Origin: a virus
Virus record (IMG/VR): IMGVR_UViG_3300025872_000037
Coordinates: 1-64,000 of that record
DNA: 64,000 bases
Strand: one strand, 5' to 3'
The notes beneath the pieces are model-generated. The model made no database searches, had not been told where the DNA came from, and worked only from the letters and a program-made list of their open reading frames with translations. This document shows positions 37,614 through 46,800 of this stretch, piece after piece (within the stretch, counting starts at the first letter, position 1; each line of letters opens with the position of its first letter). Both the position numbers and the translations under genes were made by a program.

Positions 37614-38487
37614 TCATGTCGTTGACGGAATCAACAAAGACCTGAAAGGATTGTCCTGGGCCGATGCCAAGGACTATTACCTAGGTCTTTGCGAAGGCTG
37701 GAAACCGTACAATCCGCCACCAGTTGTGGTGGAGCACGATGGTGTACAGGTGGTACGCGACGATCTGATCGTTGGTACGAAGACTCGCGCCGGAGATCTA
37801 CTGGCAGCCAAGGCGCCGCTCAAGACGATCGTGTACTGCCAGCCGCGTGTGGGTCTGGCCGGCGTTTCGATCGCCGATGTGGCCAAGAGGCACAACAAGA
37901 ACGTTGTTCTGTTCATGCCTTCCTCGAAGGAGATCTCTCGCCATCAGGCTTGTTGCATCGAGCGCGGTGCCACGGCATACTTCGAACGCATTGCTGCCAT
38001 GCCGAACCTGAATCGGAAGGCCGAGATGTGGGCCAAAGAGAACGGCGCATTCTTCGTTCCTCTCGGCCTCAAACACGAGTTAGCCACCGCTGGTATCGTT
38101 CACGCAGCCTCGATGATTCCGGAACCAGATGAAGTCTATGTGGCCATCTCGACCGGAGTGCTCTCTCGTGCCCTGCAGATCGCCTGGCCGAACGCAAAGT
38201 TCCACTGTGTGGCTGTGGCTCGTAATCTCAAGGAAGGTGAACTTGGCCGTGCCGAAGTCATCACCGAACCTCTGGACTTTACTGTAGCCGAGAAGAAGGA
38301 GAACCTGCCGCCGTTCCCGACGGTCAATACGTACGATGCGAAAGTCTGGAAGTACGTCCCGAAGAATGTCCGCGGAAAGAAGATCCTCATGTGGAACGTC
38401 GGTACCGAACCGGTTCTGAAAGACGAGACCATAATTCAGAAGACGAAGTCCTATCGTGACTGGGCAAAGAAGGAATCTAAAGGATGA
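37600..38487 (+). CDS. Fold-type II PLP-dependent enzyme of DNA-hypermodification clusters
   Basis: VVRDDLIVGTKTR (PLP Lys), VAISTGVLSRAL (phosphate loop), YDAKVW and WNVG. Confidence 0.8.
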   Translation: MAHDNHVVDGINKDLKGLSWADAKDYYLGLCEGWKPYNPPPVVVEHDGVQVVRDDLIVGTKTRAGDLLAAKAPLKTIVYCQPRVGLAGVSIADVAKRHNKNVVLFMPSSKEISRHQACCIERGATAYFERIAAMPNLNRKAEMWAKENGAFFVPLGLKHELATAGIVHAASMIPEPDEVYVAISTGVLSRALQIAWPNAKFHCVAVARNLKEGELGRAEVITEPLDFTVAEKKENLPPFPTVNTYDAKVWKYVPKNVRGKKILMWNVGTEPVLKDETIIQKTKSYRDWAKKESKG

Positions 38488-39509
38488 AATCAGTACTCGT
38501 AACTACTCCGATGGCTCCGATCTCGGAGCGCATCAGCTCTCATCGCGCCGCTCAGGCCGTGATCTATGCTGACCAGATTGCATCCAAGGGATATGACGTC
38601 ACGATCAACTTTGGCGGCAAGATCGACAACTACAATGACTGGGATATCCTGGCCGTTTACCACGGTAACGACTGGGGTGGTACGGTCAATATGTTCGGCG
38701 GCGTAAAGGCCTACGCGGCGATCGATCAGATCGTTAACCTATCGAAGTTCAAGGGAGAAGTATGGTCACTGGCAATCGATTTCCCAGACTATGCCGGGAT
38801 GATCAAGCCACGAGTGGACAAAGAACCAGACGCCCATCCAGCCTGGAAGAACGTCGACTGGGAAAATCTATCGAAGATGGTGACTTCGAGCTTGAAGATC
38901 CATACGAACGATTTTGTTGAATCGGGAAAACTTGCCTTCGGAGATTCACATGCGATCTCGATGTACCGTACAGGGTGGGAAGTCAACTCCGTACCGTTCA
39001 AGACTTTATATGGAGCTCTGGATATGGGACTCAAGGAATTTGTTATTGACGACGAGTACCAAGAGCTTGAGGTCTACTTCGGCAACATTGACATTCGTCA
39101 CCACCTGCTTCGTCAGCCAGATCCGAAGAAAGCGACTCAAGAACTCGTGTGCCGGTACGTCAAGCAGGCAAAGGAACTCAGAGAATCTGTCAAGGCCGAT
39201 GTGATTCGTATCTGGGAACCGCTGCCCATCGAGAACGAATCTCGCAAGTTGCCTAAGACCGGTTACTACAAGGGAACTCCGTTCTACGGATCCTGGACAG
39301 AGCGTAACGAGATCCGCAAGGTTTTTGTGGAAGAACTTCTGTCGAATTCTATCGACGGCGTGGATATTTTCCGATGGACCGACAAGCTCCTCAACGAAAA
39401 GGGAGAGCTTGATTTCGAGGCCATGGAGAAACCACAGTCCGTTCATCTTTCTCGTGCCTCCTATCCGCACTGGAGTGGAAAAGAGTGGAACGATTCTCAG
39501 ACAAAATAA
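38484..39509 (+). CDS. SGNH/GDSL-fold hydrolase or acyltransferase with N-terminal Rossmann-like domain
   Basis: Block I FGDSH, block III FGNIDIR and block V SVHL. Confidence 0.6.
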   Translation: MKSVLVTTPMAPISERISSHRAAQAVIYADQIASKGYDVTINFGGKIDNYNDWDILAVYHGNDWGGTVNMFGGVKAYAAIDQIVNLSKFKGEVWSLAIDFPDYAGMIKPRVDKEPDAHPAWKNVDWENLSKMVTSSLKIHTNDFVESGKLAFGDSHAISMYRTGWEVNSVPFKTLYGALDMGLKEFVIDDEYQELEVYFGNIDIRHHLLRQPDPKKATQELVCRYVKQAKELRESVKADVIRIWEPLPIENESRKLPKTGYYKGTPFYGSWTERNEIRKVFVEELLSNSIDGVDIFRWTDKLLNEKGELDFEAMEKPQSVHLSRASYPHWSGKEWNDSQTK

Positions 39510-39546
39510 GATTTACAACCGTCACGAAATGTGACATGATACCTTT

Positions 39547-40626
39547 ATGTCATCACTGTTATCTAAGCTTAAGAAAAACTCAAAGATCGATCAGACCGAC
39601 GTGCTGGACAAGTCCGAACTCTTCAATGATAAGGACATGATTCCCACGGATATCCCGATGCTCAATGTGGCACTCTCGGGTTCTCTGGATGGCGGCCTTA
39701 CCTCTGGCCTGACGGTCCTCGCCGGTCCATCGAAGCACTTCAAGTCGAGCTACTCGCTCATCATGGCCTCTGCGTATCTTAAGAAGTACCCAGAAGCCGT
39801 CATGCTTTTCTACGATTCTGAGTTCGGTTCTCCACAACAGTACTTCAAGACCTTCGGTATCGATCCGTCTCGAGTTCTTCACACTCCTGTCACAAATGTC
39901 GAGGAGCTGAAGTTCGATCTGGTCAATCAGCTGAATGGCCTGGAGCGTGGAGAGAAGGTCATCGTGATCATCGACTCGATCGGTAACTTGGCCTCGAAGA
40001 AGGAAGTCGAGGATGCAATGAACGAGAAGTCGGTGGCTGATATGTCTCGAGCTAAGGCTCTCAAGGGTCTGTTCCGTATGGTCACTCCGTACCTGACTCT
40101 CAAGAACATCCCGCTCGTGGCCATCAATCATAGCTACAAGACGATCGAGATGTACTCGAAGGACGTCATGTCCGGTGGTACCGGCATCTACTATTCTGCC
40201 AATGCAGTCTGGATGCTTGGTCGCCAGCAGGACAAGGATGACGATGGTCTGCACGGCTATCACTTCGTGATCAACATCGACAAGTCTCGCTTCGTGAAGG
40301 AGAAGTCAAAGATTCCGATCTCGGTCTCATTCAACGGTGGCGTTGAGAAGTACTCTGGTCTTCTCGAGACCGCGCTGCTCGGTGGCTTCGTGACGAAGCC
40401 TTCGGCTGGTTGGTACCAGCGCAAGGGCGACGAGAACAAGTACCGCGAGAAGGATACATACGCAGCTGAGTTCTGGGATCCGCTTCTCAACTCGAGCGAC
40501 TTCAAGGAGTTCATCAAGGGCCACTTCACCGTTGGCTATCGTTCTATCTTAGATAATGAGGAAGCAAAGATCACCAAGTCAAACCTAAAAAATCTATCAG
40601 TTGAGGACGAAGAGGATGAAGAATAA
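39547..40626 (+). CDS. uvsX: Recombinase UvsX
   Basis: AGPSKHFKS, FYDSEFG, IDSIGNLASKKE and SGGTG. Confidence 0.96.
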   Translation: MSSLLSKLKKNSKIDQTDVLDKSELFNDKDMIPTDIPMLNVALSGSLDGGLTSGLTVLAGPSKHFKSSYSLIMASAYLKKYPEAVMLFYDSEFGSPQQYFKTFGIDPSRVLHTPVTNVEELKFDLVNQLNGLERGEKVIVIIDSIGNLASKKEVEDAMNEKSVADMSRAKALKGLFRMVTPYLTLKNIPLVAINHSYKTIEMYSKDVMSGGTGIYYSANAVWMLGRQQDKDDDGLHGYHFVINIDKSRFVKEKSKIPISVSFNGGVEKYSGLLETALLGGFVTKPSAGWYQRKGDENKYREKDTYAAEFWDPLLNSSDFKEFIKGHFTVGYRSILDNEEAKITKSNLKNLSVEDEEDEE

Positions 40627-40981
40627 GATCACCTCTAAATCTTACAAGCTTCTCGACAGCGAGAATGAAACGTATGCCGTACGAATCCTTGACAAAAAGT
40701 ACGAGGATGTTATCATCCAATACGGAAAGATTTCTCTCAAGGTCAACGAAGACTCCGAGACTGCAACGTTGAGCTATAAGTTCAGCATCGTCGATTGCCC
40801 AGATAAATTTATCAAAGAAGATCTGGAACACGACAAGAACTTCAATACATACGTCGGAGACATTCTAACGTTCATCATCCAAAGCGCATTCGATACCGGT
40901 AACTATACCTTCGGCGACGGAAAATCCTCTGATGTCAAATCAACTACAGACAACGATTCTTCAGAAAATCGTAAACGATGA
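40616..40981 (+). CDS. gp40-like protein (head vertex assembly chaperone position)
   Basis: Lies between uvsX and gp41; VIIQYGKI...VGDIL. Confidence 0.55.
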   Translation: MKNKITSKSYKLLDSENETYAVRILDKKYEDVIIQYGKISLKVNEDSETATLSYKFSIVDCPDKFIKEDLEHDKNFNTYVGDILTFIIQSAFDTGNYTFGDGKSSDVKSTTDNDSSENRKR

Positions 40982-42293
40982 GAAGTTTTGCAGGAAAGTT
41001 CTGCCATTCATCAAGACTGAGTACTTCGATTCTGCACACAAGTGCGTCTATCGGTTAGTACTCGACTTCATCACGAAGTACAACAAGCTGCCGACTCGTG
41101 CAGCTCTGGACATCGACTTCCAGAACAAGGCAGAGACGTCTGAGGATCTGTATCCAAAGGCGGTCTCGATCCTTGAATCTCTGGATCAGAATCCTCAAGT
41201 AGAAGAAACATGGTTGCTAGAGAACACGGAGAAGTGGTGCAAAGACCGCGCCGTGTTCCTGGCCATCATGGAATCCATCGAGATCATCGATGGCAAGAAG
41301 AAGGATCTCTCGAAGGATGCGATTCCTGACATCCTTCACAAGGCTCTGGGAATCAACTTCGACAATTCTGTCGGACATGATTACCTGCAGGACTTTGAGA
41401 AGCGGTATGACTTCTATCATCGTGTCGAGGATCGTCTGCCGTTCGACCTTGAGCTGTTCAACACCATCACCAAGGGTGGGGTTCCTCGCAAGACGCTGAA
41501 CATCGCACTCGCAGGCACTGGTGTCGGCAAATCTCTGTTCATGTGCCACGTGGCTGCTTCTGCTCTAGCTCAGGGTAAGAATGTCCTTTACATCACTCTC
41601 GAAATGTCAGAGGAACGCATCGCTGAACGTATCGATGCCAACCTCATGAACATCCAGATCGATCAACTCTCATCTCTGAGTAAAGGTATGTTTGCCGATA
41701 AGGTCACTCGCATTGCAGGTACCACGGTCGGCAAGCTCATCATCAAGGAATACCCGACAGCATCAGCTCACACTGGGCACTTTCGTGCCTTGCTGAATGA
41801 ACTGAAGCTGAAGAAGGACGTTGTTCCAGATGTGATCTTCGTGGACTACCTGAACATCTGCGCCTCCTCTCGAATGAAGGGCCTAGGTGGTTCGATCAAT
41901 ACCTACTCACTCATCAAGGCTATTGCCGAGGAGCTTCGTGGTCTGGCGGTCGAGTTCAACGTGCCGATCTTCTCTGCAACCCAGACCACTCGATCTGGTT
42001 TCAGCAACACCGACCTCGAGCTTACTGACACGTCCGAGTCATTCGGTCTTCCTGCCACGGCCGACTTCATGTTTGCCTTGATCACCACCGAGGAGCTTGA
42101 GAAGCTTGGCCAGATGATGGTCAAGCAGCTAAAGAACCGGTACAATGACCCGAGTGCCAACAAGAGGTTCATCATCGGTGTTGACCGGTCCAAGATGAAG
42201 CTGTACGATGTGGAGGACAAAGCCCAGACCCTTTCCAAGGAAGCCACGGTCCGTGGTGGATCCAAGGATTTTAGTGATTTCACCATACAATAA
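40932..42293 (+). CDS. gp41: Replicative helicase gp41
   Basis: AGTGVGKS, ITLEMSEE, VDYLNI, SATQTTRSG and QLKNRY. Confidence 0.97.
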   Translation: MSNQLQTTILQKIVNDEKFCRKVLPFIKTEYFDSAHKCVYRLVLDFITKYNKLPTRAALDIDFQNKAETSEDLYPKAVSILESLDQNPQVEETWLLENTEKWCKDRAVFLAIMESIEIIDGKKKDLSKDAIPDILHKALGINFDNSVGHDYLQDFEKRYDFYHRVEDRLPFDLELFNTITKGGVPRKTLNIALAGTGVGKSLFMCHVAASALAQGKNVLYITLEMSEERIAERIDANLMNIQIDQLSSLSKGMFADKVTRIAGTTVGKLIIKEYPTASAHTGHFRALLNELKLKKDVVPDVIFVDYLNICASSRMKGLGGSINTYSLIKAIAEELRGLAVEFNVPIFSATQTTRSGFSNTDLELTDTSESFGLPATADFMFALITTEELEKLGQMMVKQLKNRYNDPSANKRFIIGVDRSKMKLYDVEDKAQTLSKEATVRGGSKDFSDFTIQ

Positions 42294-42333
42294 GTGTTTA
42301 CAAACCACCAAAACATGCTAGGATTCTAAGATC

Positions 42334-42927
42334 ATGGGAATGTTCGACACAGTCAGCTGGGCGGATCCGCTTCCTTTCTCCGAGGAAATGGTCACCCATG
42401 GGCTGAACAAAAACAACTGGTCCTTCCAGACGAAGGACTTCGACTGTTCGATGGACAACTACGTCGTACAGGGCAACCAACTTTTCATCGTGAAATACCG
42501 AGACGAGAAGTGGATTGCGGGCGATCCGAAGGCCAAGAACCTATCAGATCGATTTGGTTACATGGATCGTACGGGAGAATACCTAGATCCGGTAAAAGTT
42601 ACCACAACTGCCAGAGTCTACGACTTCCTGCAGGAGTCCGAATGGAATCGTCTACCGGTCTCTGGGTACGATTACTGGGTCGAATTTGAGGTCGTCTTCA
42701 TCGACGGAAAGGTCGACTCGGTTACTCTGGTGAAGTTCACAACGGAGGATAACTCCGAGAGAAAGCAACGAGACAAGGAGTTTCGAGAGTCTCTGATACG
42801 CGAACAGGCTCGCTGGAGGAATCGGTTCTTCTTTGGTACTCGTCCGTACCGTTTTGTTAGCCGTTACATCCGCAGAGCACTCAATTCAACCGCAGATTTC
42901 TTGTACAGACTTTCCAACAAAATATGA
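42334..42927 (+). CDS. Hypothetical protein (MGMFD... family)
   Basis: MGMFD, FQTKDFD and WVEF..VF.DG; early promoter GTTTAC(42296)-N17-TAGGAT. Confidence 0.7.
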   Translation: MGMFDTVSWADPLPFSEEMVTHGLNKNNWSFQTKDFDCSMDNYVVQGNQLFIVKYRDEKWIAGDPKAKNLSDRFGYMDRTGEYLDPVKVTTTARVYDFLQESEWNRLPVSGYDYWVEFEVVFIDGKVDSVTLVKFTTEDNSERKQRDKEFRESLIREQARWRNRFFFGTRPYRFVSRYIRRALNSTADFLYRLSNKI

Positions 42928-43217
42928 GCACAAATCAAAAGAAAGACGCTGAGCAACTCAAGGTCTTTAATTCTCCGATCTACCGCCGCCGCATCAAACG
43001 CATGGTGGAGATGGCCAAGACCGTCCGTGGGATCCACGGCAAGATCCCGAAGGGTGATCTTCCAAAGCTCAAGGAGACAGCTTCTCAGAAGGAGAAGGAT
43101 CTTCGTGCCCAGAAACAGGCATATCGCCTGAACATCGACGTGCTGCATTATTTTGCGGCCACGATGGTGTCTCACCGCCCGACCGATGTCGGTCCATCCG
43201 AGCAATCCGATGCCTAA
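42924..43217 (+). CDS. Hypothetical basic protein
   Basis: Overlapping start/stop coupling with neighbours. Confidence 0.55.
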   Translation: MSTNQKKDAEQLKVFNSPIYRRRIKRMVEMAKTVRGIHGKIPKGDLPKLKETASQKEKDLRAQKQAYRLNIDVLHYFAATMVSHRPTDVGPSEQSDA

Positions 43218-43497
43218 GGTCGTCATCAACGCCAACTACGGTGGCTTCTTCATCTCGGACGAGGCTCTCGCCAGAATTCGAGAGCTGAAGGGAGGCATAT
43301 CTGAATCAGACTTCCTCAAGGAGCCCCTTCGTAGAGACGACAGAGATTTGGTCACTGTCGTTGAGGAGATGCAGAATAAAGCGTGTGGTAACTGGTCTGA
43401 ATTAAAGGTCGTCGAAGTTCCTGATGACGTTGAGTGGGAAATTCAAGAATATGACGGCTGGGAATGGGTAGCTGAAAAACACAGAACATGGCACTGA
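43210..43497 (+). CDS. Conserved phage hypothetical protein
   Basis: KVVIN..YGGF.IS.EA, R.D..LV.VVEE and EYDG.EWV.E.HRTW. Confidence 0.75.
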   Translation: MPKVVINANYGGFFISDEALARIRELKGGISESDFLKEPLRRDDRDLVTVVEEMQNKACGNWSELKVVEVPDDVEWEIQEYDGWEWVAEKHRTWH

Positions 43498-43661
43498 CAT
43501 ACATCAAAACGCTGGCTCCAATCTGGAACGTCATCGTTGCTGTCCTGAACTTCATGGCCTTCATCTGGCTGGCATCGTTTGTTTTCATCGTTATCTTTTT
43601 TCTTTATCACTGGGTCACCGGTAAACCAATTTCAATGGACTATGATGGTCCTGATTTCTGA
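43488..43661 (+). CDS. Small membrane protein (57 aa, not in ORF track)
   Basis: MALTYIKTLAPIWNVIVAVLNFMAFIWLASFVFIVIFFLYHW...; its stop overlaps the next ATG (TGATG). Confidence 0.55.
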   Translation: MALTYIKTLAPIWNVIVAVLNFMAFIWLASFVFIVIFFLYHWVTGKPISMDYDGPDF

Positions 43662-43966
43662 TGAGCTACAAGATCTTTCTCGGCACTCAAAATCCTCCAG
43701 ATTCTTCGTGGGTTCAACTGCGAAGCTTTTTGGACTTCAAGGTCGCTGTTGCGGCCCGGGGAATCCCAGAAGAAGTGTCATTTGATTATGAACTCGATGG
43801 AGAAGGAAATGGATATGACGCAGCCGCCTGGTTAATCAACCACTGCGTGACATTCTCCATGATTTTTCCAAGGTATTCGGTTGCCTGCAAAATTCCTGCT
43901 CAGTGCGAGAAGATTGAGATGCTCATCAGAAGCTTTAACTCGTACCGCCAGAGCACAATCAAATGA
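43661..43966 (+). CDS. Cyclic-phosphate-processing receiver-like domain, degenerate
   Basis: KIFL....PP..W...RS...F......P..VSFD.EL.....GYD.A.WL scaffold. Confidence 0.55.
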   Translation: MSYKIFLGTQNPPDSSWVQLRSFLDFKVAVAARGIPEEVSFDYELDGEGNGYDAAAWLINHCVTFSMIFPRYSVACKIPAQCEKIEMLIRSFNSYRQSTIK

Positions 43967-44649
43967 AGATTGTCTGCATATCAGACACCCATGGTCGGCA
44001 TCTTGACATGCCGTTACCAGATGGTGATGCCATTATTCATGCCGGAGATTTCTGCTCCCATGGCAGCTACTACGACTGCGTACGTTTCTTTGGATGGTTC
44101 GGGAATCTCCCGTACGAACACAAGATCTGCATTGCCGGAAACCATGATCTTTGGATGGAGAGAGCGTCTCGGTCAGATCTCGATCCGATCATTCCACCGT
44201 CGGTCCGTTATCTTAACGATTCCGGAACTACGATCAATGGGATCAACTTCTGGGGATCTCCGGTCCAGCCGAGGTTCTACAATTGGGCTTTCAATCGTGA
44301 TCGTGGAGAAGACATCAAGAAACATTGGGATCGTATCCCAAATGATACGCACGTCCTCATCACTCACGGGCCCGCTCACGGCCACTGTGATACAGTCTAT
44401 CAGGTCACTCCGGCGGGAATGATGGCGGAGAATACTGGCTGCATGGATCTCCGCGCCACAATTGAAAACATTCGGCCTCACGCACATGTTTTTGGCCACA
44501 TTCACTGCGGATACGGAATGGAATGCAGCGAATCTACTGTATTCCTGAATTGTTCAGTCTGTGATGAATCCTACCGCGCAGTCAATCGTCCGTTCATTCT
44601 AGATCTAAACCCAGACGGCTCTGTCTTTGGAGCCTACGAAGCACTATGA
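43963..44649 (+). CDS. Calcineurin-like metallophosphoesterase
   Basis: ISDTHG, HAGD, AGNHD, ITHGP and FGHIH. Confidence 0.92.
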   Translation: MKIVCISDTHGRHLDMPLPDGDAIIHAGDFCSHGSYYDCVRFFGWFGNLPYEHKICIAGNHDLWMERASRSDLDPIIPPSVRYLNDSGTTINGINFWGSPVQPRFYNWAFNRDRGEDIKKHWDRIPNDTHVLITHGPAHGHCDTVYQVTPAGMMAENTGCMDLRATIENIRPHAHVFGHIHCGYGMECSESTVFLNCSVCDESYRAVNRPFILDLNPDGSVFGAYEAL

Positions 44650-44876
44650 AAATCGCAATCCTACTCTTACTTTCAATCTGGTCCATTGCAGGAATCTTTC
44701 TGTACCTTTCAATGTTCGACTCGACGAACCAGGTCAAGCCCTGGAAATCGGTGGTGAACGTAATTGTGTCCGGCCCAATCATGATCGCAATCACGCTGCT
44801 ATCTCTGGTCATCGGTGTCCTTGCCGAGACATGGGAATGGTTCAGCCGTAAATACAGAACCTGGCTATTCAACTAA
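44646..44876 (+). CDS. Small membrane protein
   Basis: Two hydrophobic segments; ATGA coupling. Confidence 0.6.
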   Translation: MKIAILLLLSIWSIAGIFLYLSMFDSTNQVKPWKSVVNVIVSGPIMIAITLLSLVIGVLAETWEWFSRKYRTWLFN

Positions 44877-44877
44877 C

Positions 44878-45579
44878 ATGACCCTTACAAGAGATTTTCT
44901 TTTTAACGCGGACGAACACGTCAAAAAAGACGTGTCGACCTACGATGCATATGTCGCACTTCCGAAATCTGAGCGTGAACGCAGGGTCTCATTCTGGATC
45001 ACTCCATGGTATAAGACTCCATGGTCATACACCTGGAACCCTCTTGAAGAGGAGTGCGAGGCCACGAAGATCGACCGTTTCCTGAGGAAAAATTATCCCA
45101 TCCAATTCTTCGTTCGCGAATTGGCCACAGATATAAAATACTGGTGGAGAGATAAGAAGTGGGCCGTCATCTCGTTCTATCGAGACTGGGTACCAGGCCG
45201 CCGAGCCGATATGAGGAAGAAGGTTTTTCCTCGTCATTATACCGACCTCGTGGATATGATCGTGACGTTCCACCTGCAGGTGCTCATCGAGTTCGTCGAA
45301 CGAGAGGAAGCTCTCCTCAATAATGATTACACCACAAACGAAACCGATCAGCAGTTTGCTGCCGAGCTTCGCGAGTGCTATGAGTACGCGAGTGCCGGCC
45401 GCGCGAAGATGACGAAGGCGATCGATGCTGAGGCTAATCGAGCATTTAACGAGTCTCGAGAGAATGGCGCGAACTCATCCACTTACAAGAAATTAACCGA
45501 GATGGAAAATGAAGTCATGGACTACGATACAAAGGTCTGTGAATGGGTTGTGAAAAACCGTAACCGTCTCTGGGTATAA
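44878..45579 (+). CDS. Hypothetical protein
   Basis: Long ORF in operon; ATG at 44878. Confidence 0.65.
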   Translation: MTLTRDFLFNADEHVKKDVSTYDAYVALPKSERERRVSFWITPWYKTPWSYTWNPLEEECEATKIDRFLRKNYPIQFFVRELATDIKYWWRDKKWAVISFYRDWVPGRRADMRKKVFPRHYTDLVDMIVTFHLQVLIEFVEREEALLNNDYTTNETDQQFAAELRECYEYASAGRAKMTKAIDAEANRAFNESRENGANSSTYKKLTEMENEVMDYDTKVCEWVVKNRNRLWV

Positions 45580-45582
45580 AAT

Positions 45583-46017
45583 ATGACAAACGACCAAGAT
45601 ACTGATGTCCCGTTCAACACAGACGAGGATCCGTTTCCCAGTGCCATCTGGGACAAAGCTGCCGATGATGCTGCAAAGCGTTATGCTGAGGCTGTACGAG
45701 ACGAGATCTACGAACTAGACGGGTCACAAATCGGAAAGGTCAACTTCAGCCACGAGATGGTCGCAAGTTCTGATCAAAAGAAGAAGGCCAGGTCAATAGT
45801 GATTCGGTCCGACTTCGGGGCGGTTCTCGTTTTACCGGACTTCAAGAAGAAGTCCGCCTCCGCCACGATCCTGAACCTTGGAGTCATTCGTGCCATGAAG
45901 CAGGAAGGGTACACATCAGAATATATCCAGGAGAACGGCAAGATCTATGGCGACGTCAGGCCTTTCGATAAAAAGAACGTTGAGCTATTCGCCTATTACC
46001 TGACCCATAAAATATGA
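45583..46017 (+). CDS. Hypothetical protein
   Basis: 144-aa ORF coupled to thyX. Confidence 0.6.
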   Translation: MTNDQDTDVPFNTDEDPFPSAIWDKAADDAAKRYAEAVRDEIYELDGSQIGKVNFSHEMVASSDQKKKARSIVIRSDFGAVLVLPDFKKKSASATILNLGVIRAMKQEGYTSEYIQENGKIYGDVRPFDKKNVELFAYYLTHKI

Positions 46018-46709
46018 TCTTTGACCATCAAACCGTACGGCTCATCAGCCACACGAAATCGGTCTCCAATGGTCCTGCTGCGATGGATATGCAGGAACTC
46101 GTGGCCTTCTGCGCTCGGGTCAGCAATCCAGCAAACCAGAACAACCTGGAGACATCCGAGAAGCTTGTTCGTTACCTGATCAAACACCGCCACTGGTCTC
46201 CTCTGGAGATGGTCTCGGCCACGGTCGAGATCAACACCACTCGTGACATCGCCCGGCAGATCCTGAGGCATCGTTCGTTTTCGTTTCAGGAGTTCTCTCA
46301 GCGCTATGCCGATCCGACCGCCGCTCTGGAGATGGTGGTCCGTGAGGCCAGGTTGCAGGACAAGAAGAACCGCCAGAATTCGGTTTCAACAGATGACCAG
46401 AACCTCATGATCTGGTGGAAGGAACGGCAGAAAGATCTCATCGAGCTGTCGGAGAGCATCTACAAGGATGCCACTGCCCGTGGAATCGCCAAGGAACAGG
46501 CTCGAGCGATCCTCCCTGAGGGTTGCACGATGTCTCGGATCTACATGGCCGGAACGCTGCGCAGCTTCGTTCACTTCATTGACGTCCGATCTGCCAATGG
46601 GACTCAGGCCGAATGTGCAGACGTGGCCCGAAAGACCGCAGAGGTTCTCAGGCCGGTTTTCCCAATGGTCCTGGAGTTTGTTCAATCTCAAGCCGTTGAT
46701 GGCCAATGA
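46014..46709 (+). CDS. thyX: Flavin-dependent thymidylate synthase ThyX
   Basis: HWSPLE, QILRHRSFSFQEFSQRY (RHRx7S) and AKEQARAILP. Confidence 0.95.
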   Translation: MIFDHQTVRLISHTKSVSNGPAAMDMQELVAFCARVSNPANQNNLETSEKLVRYLIKHRHWSPLEMVSATVEINTTRDIARQILRHRSFSFQEFSQRYADPTAALEMVVREARLQDKKNRQNSVSTDDQNLMIWWKERQKDLIELSESIYKDATARGIAKEQARAILPEGCTMSRIYMAGTLRSFVHFIDVRSANGTQAECADVARKTAEVLRPVFPMVLEFVQSQAVDGQ

Positions 46710-46800
46710 GTTCTGAGAAAAAAGAAAAAACACCTCACAATTTGTTTTACATCGAGCAGTTTCTAGTTAGGATGGTTCTCGTTAAACTGATTCATTCATT

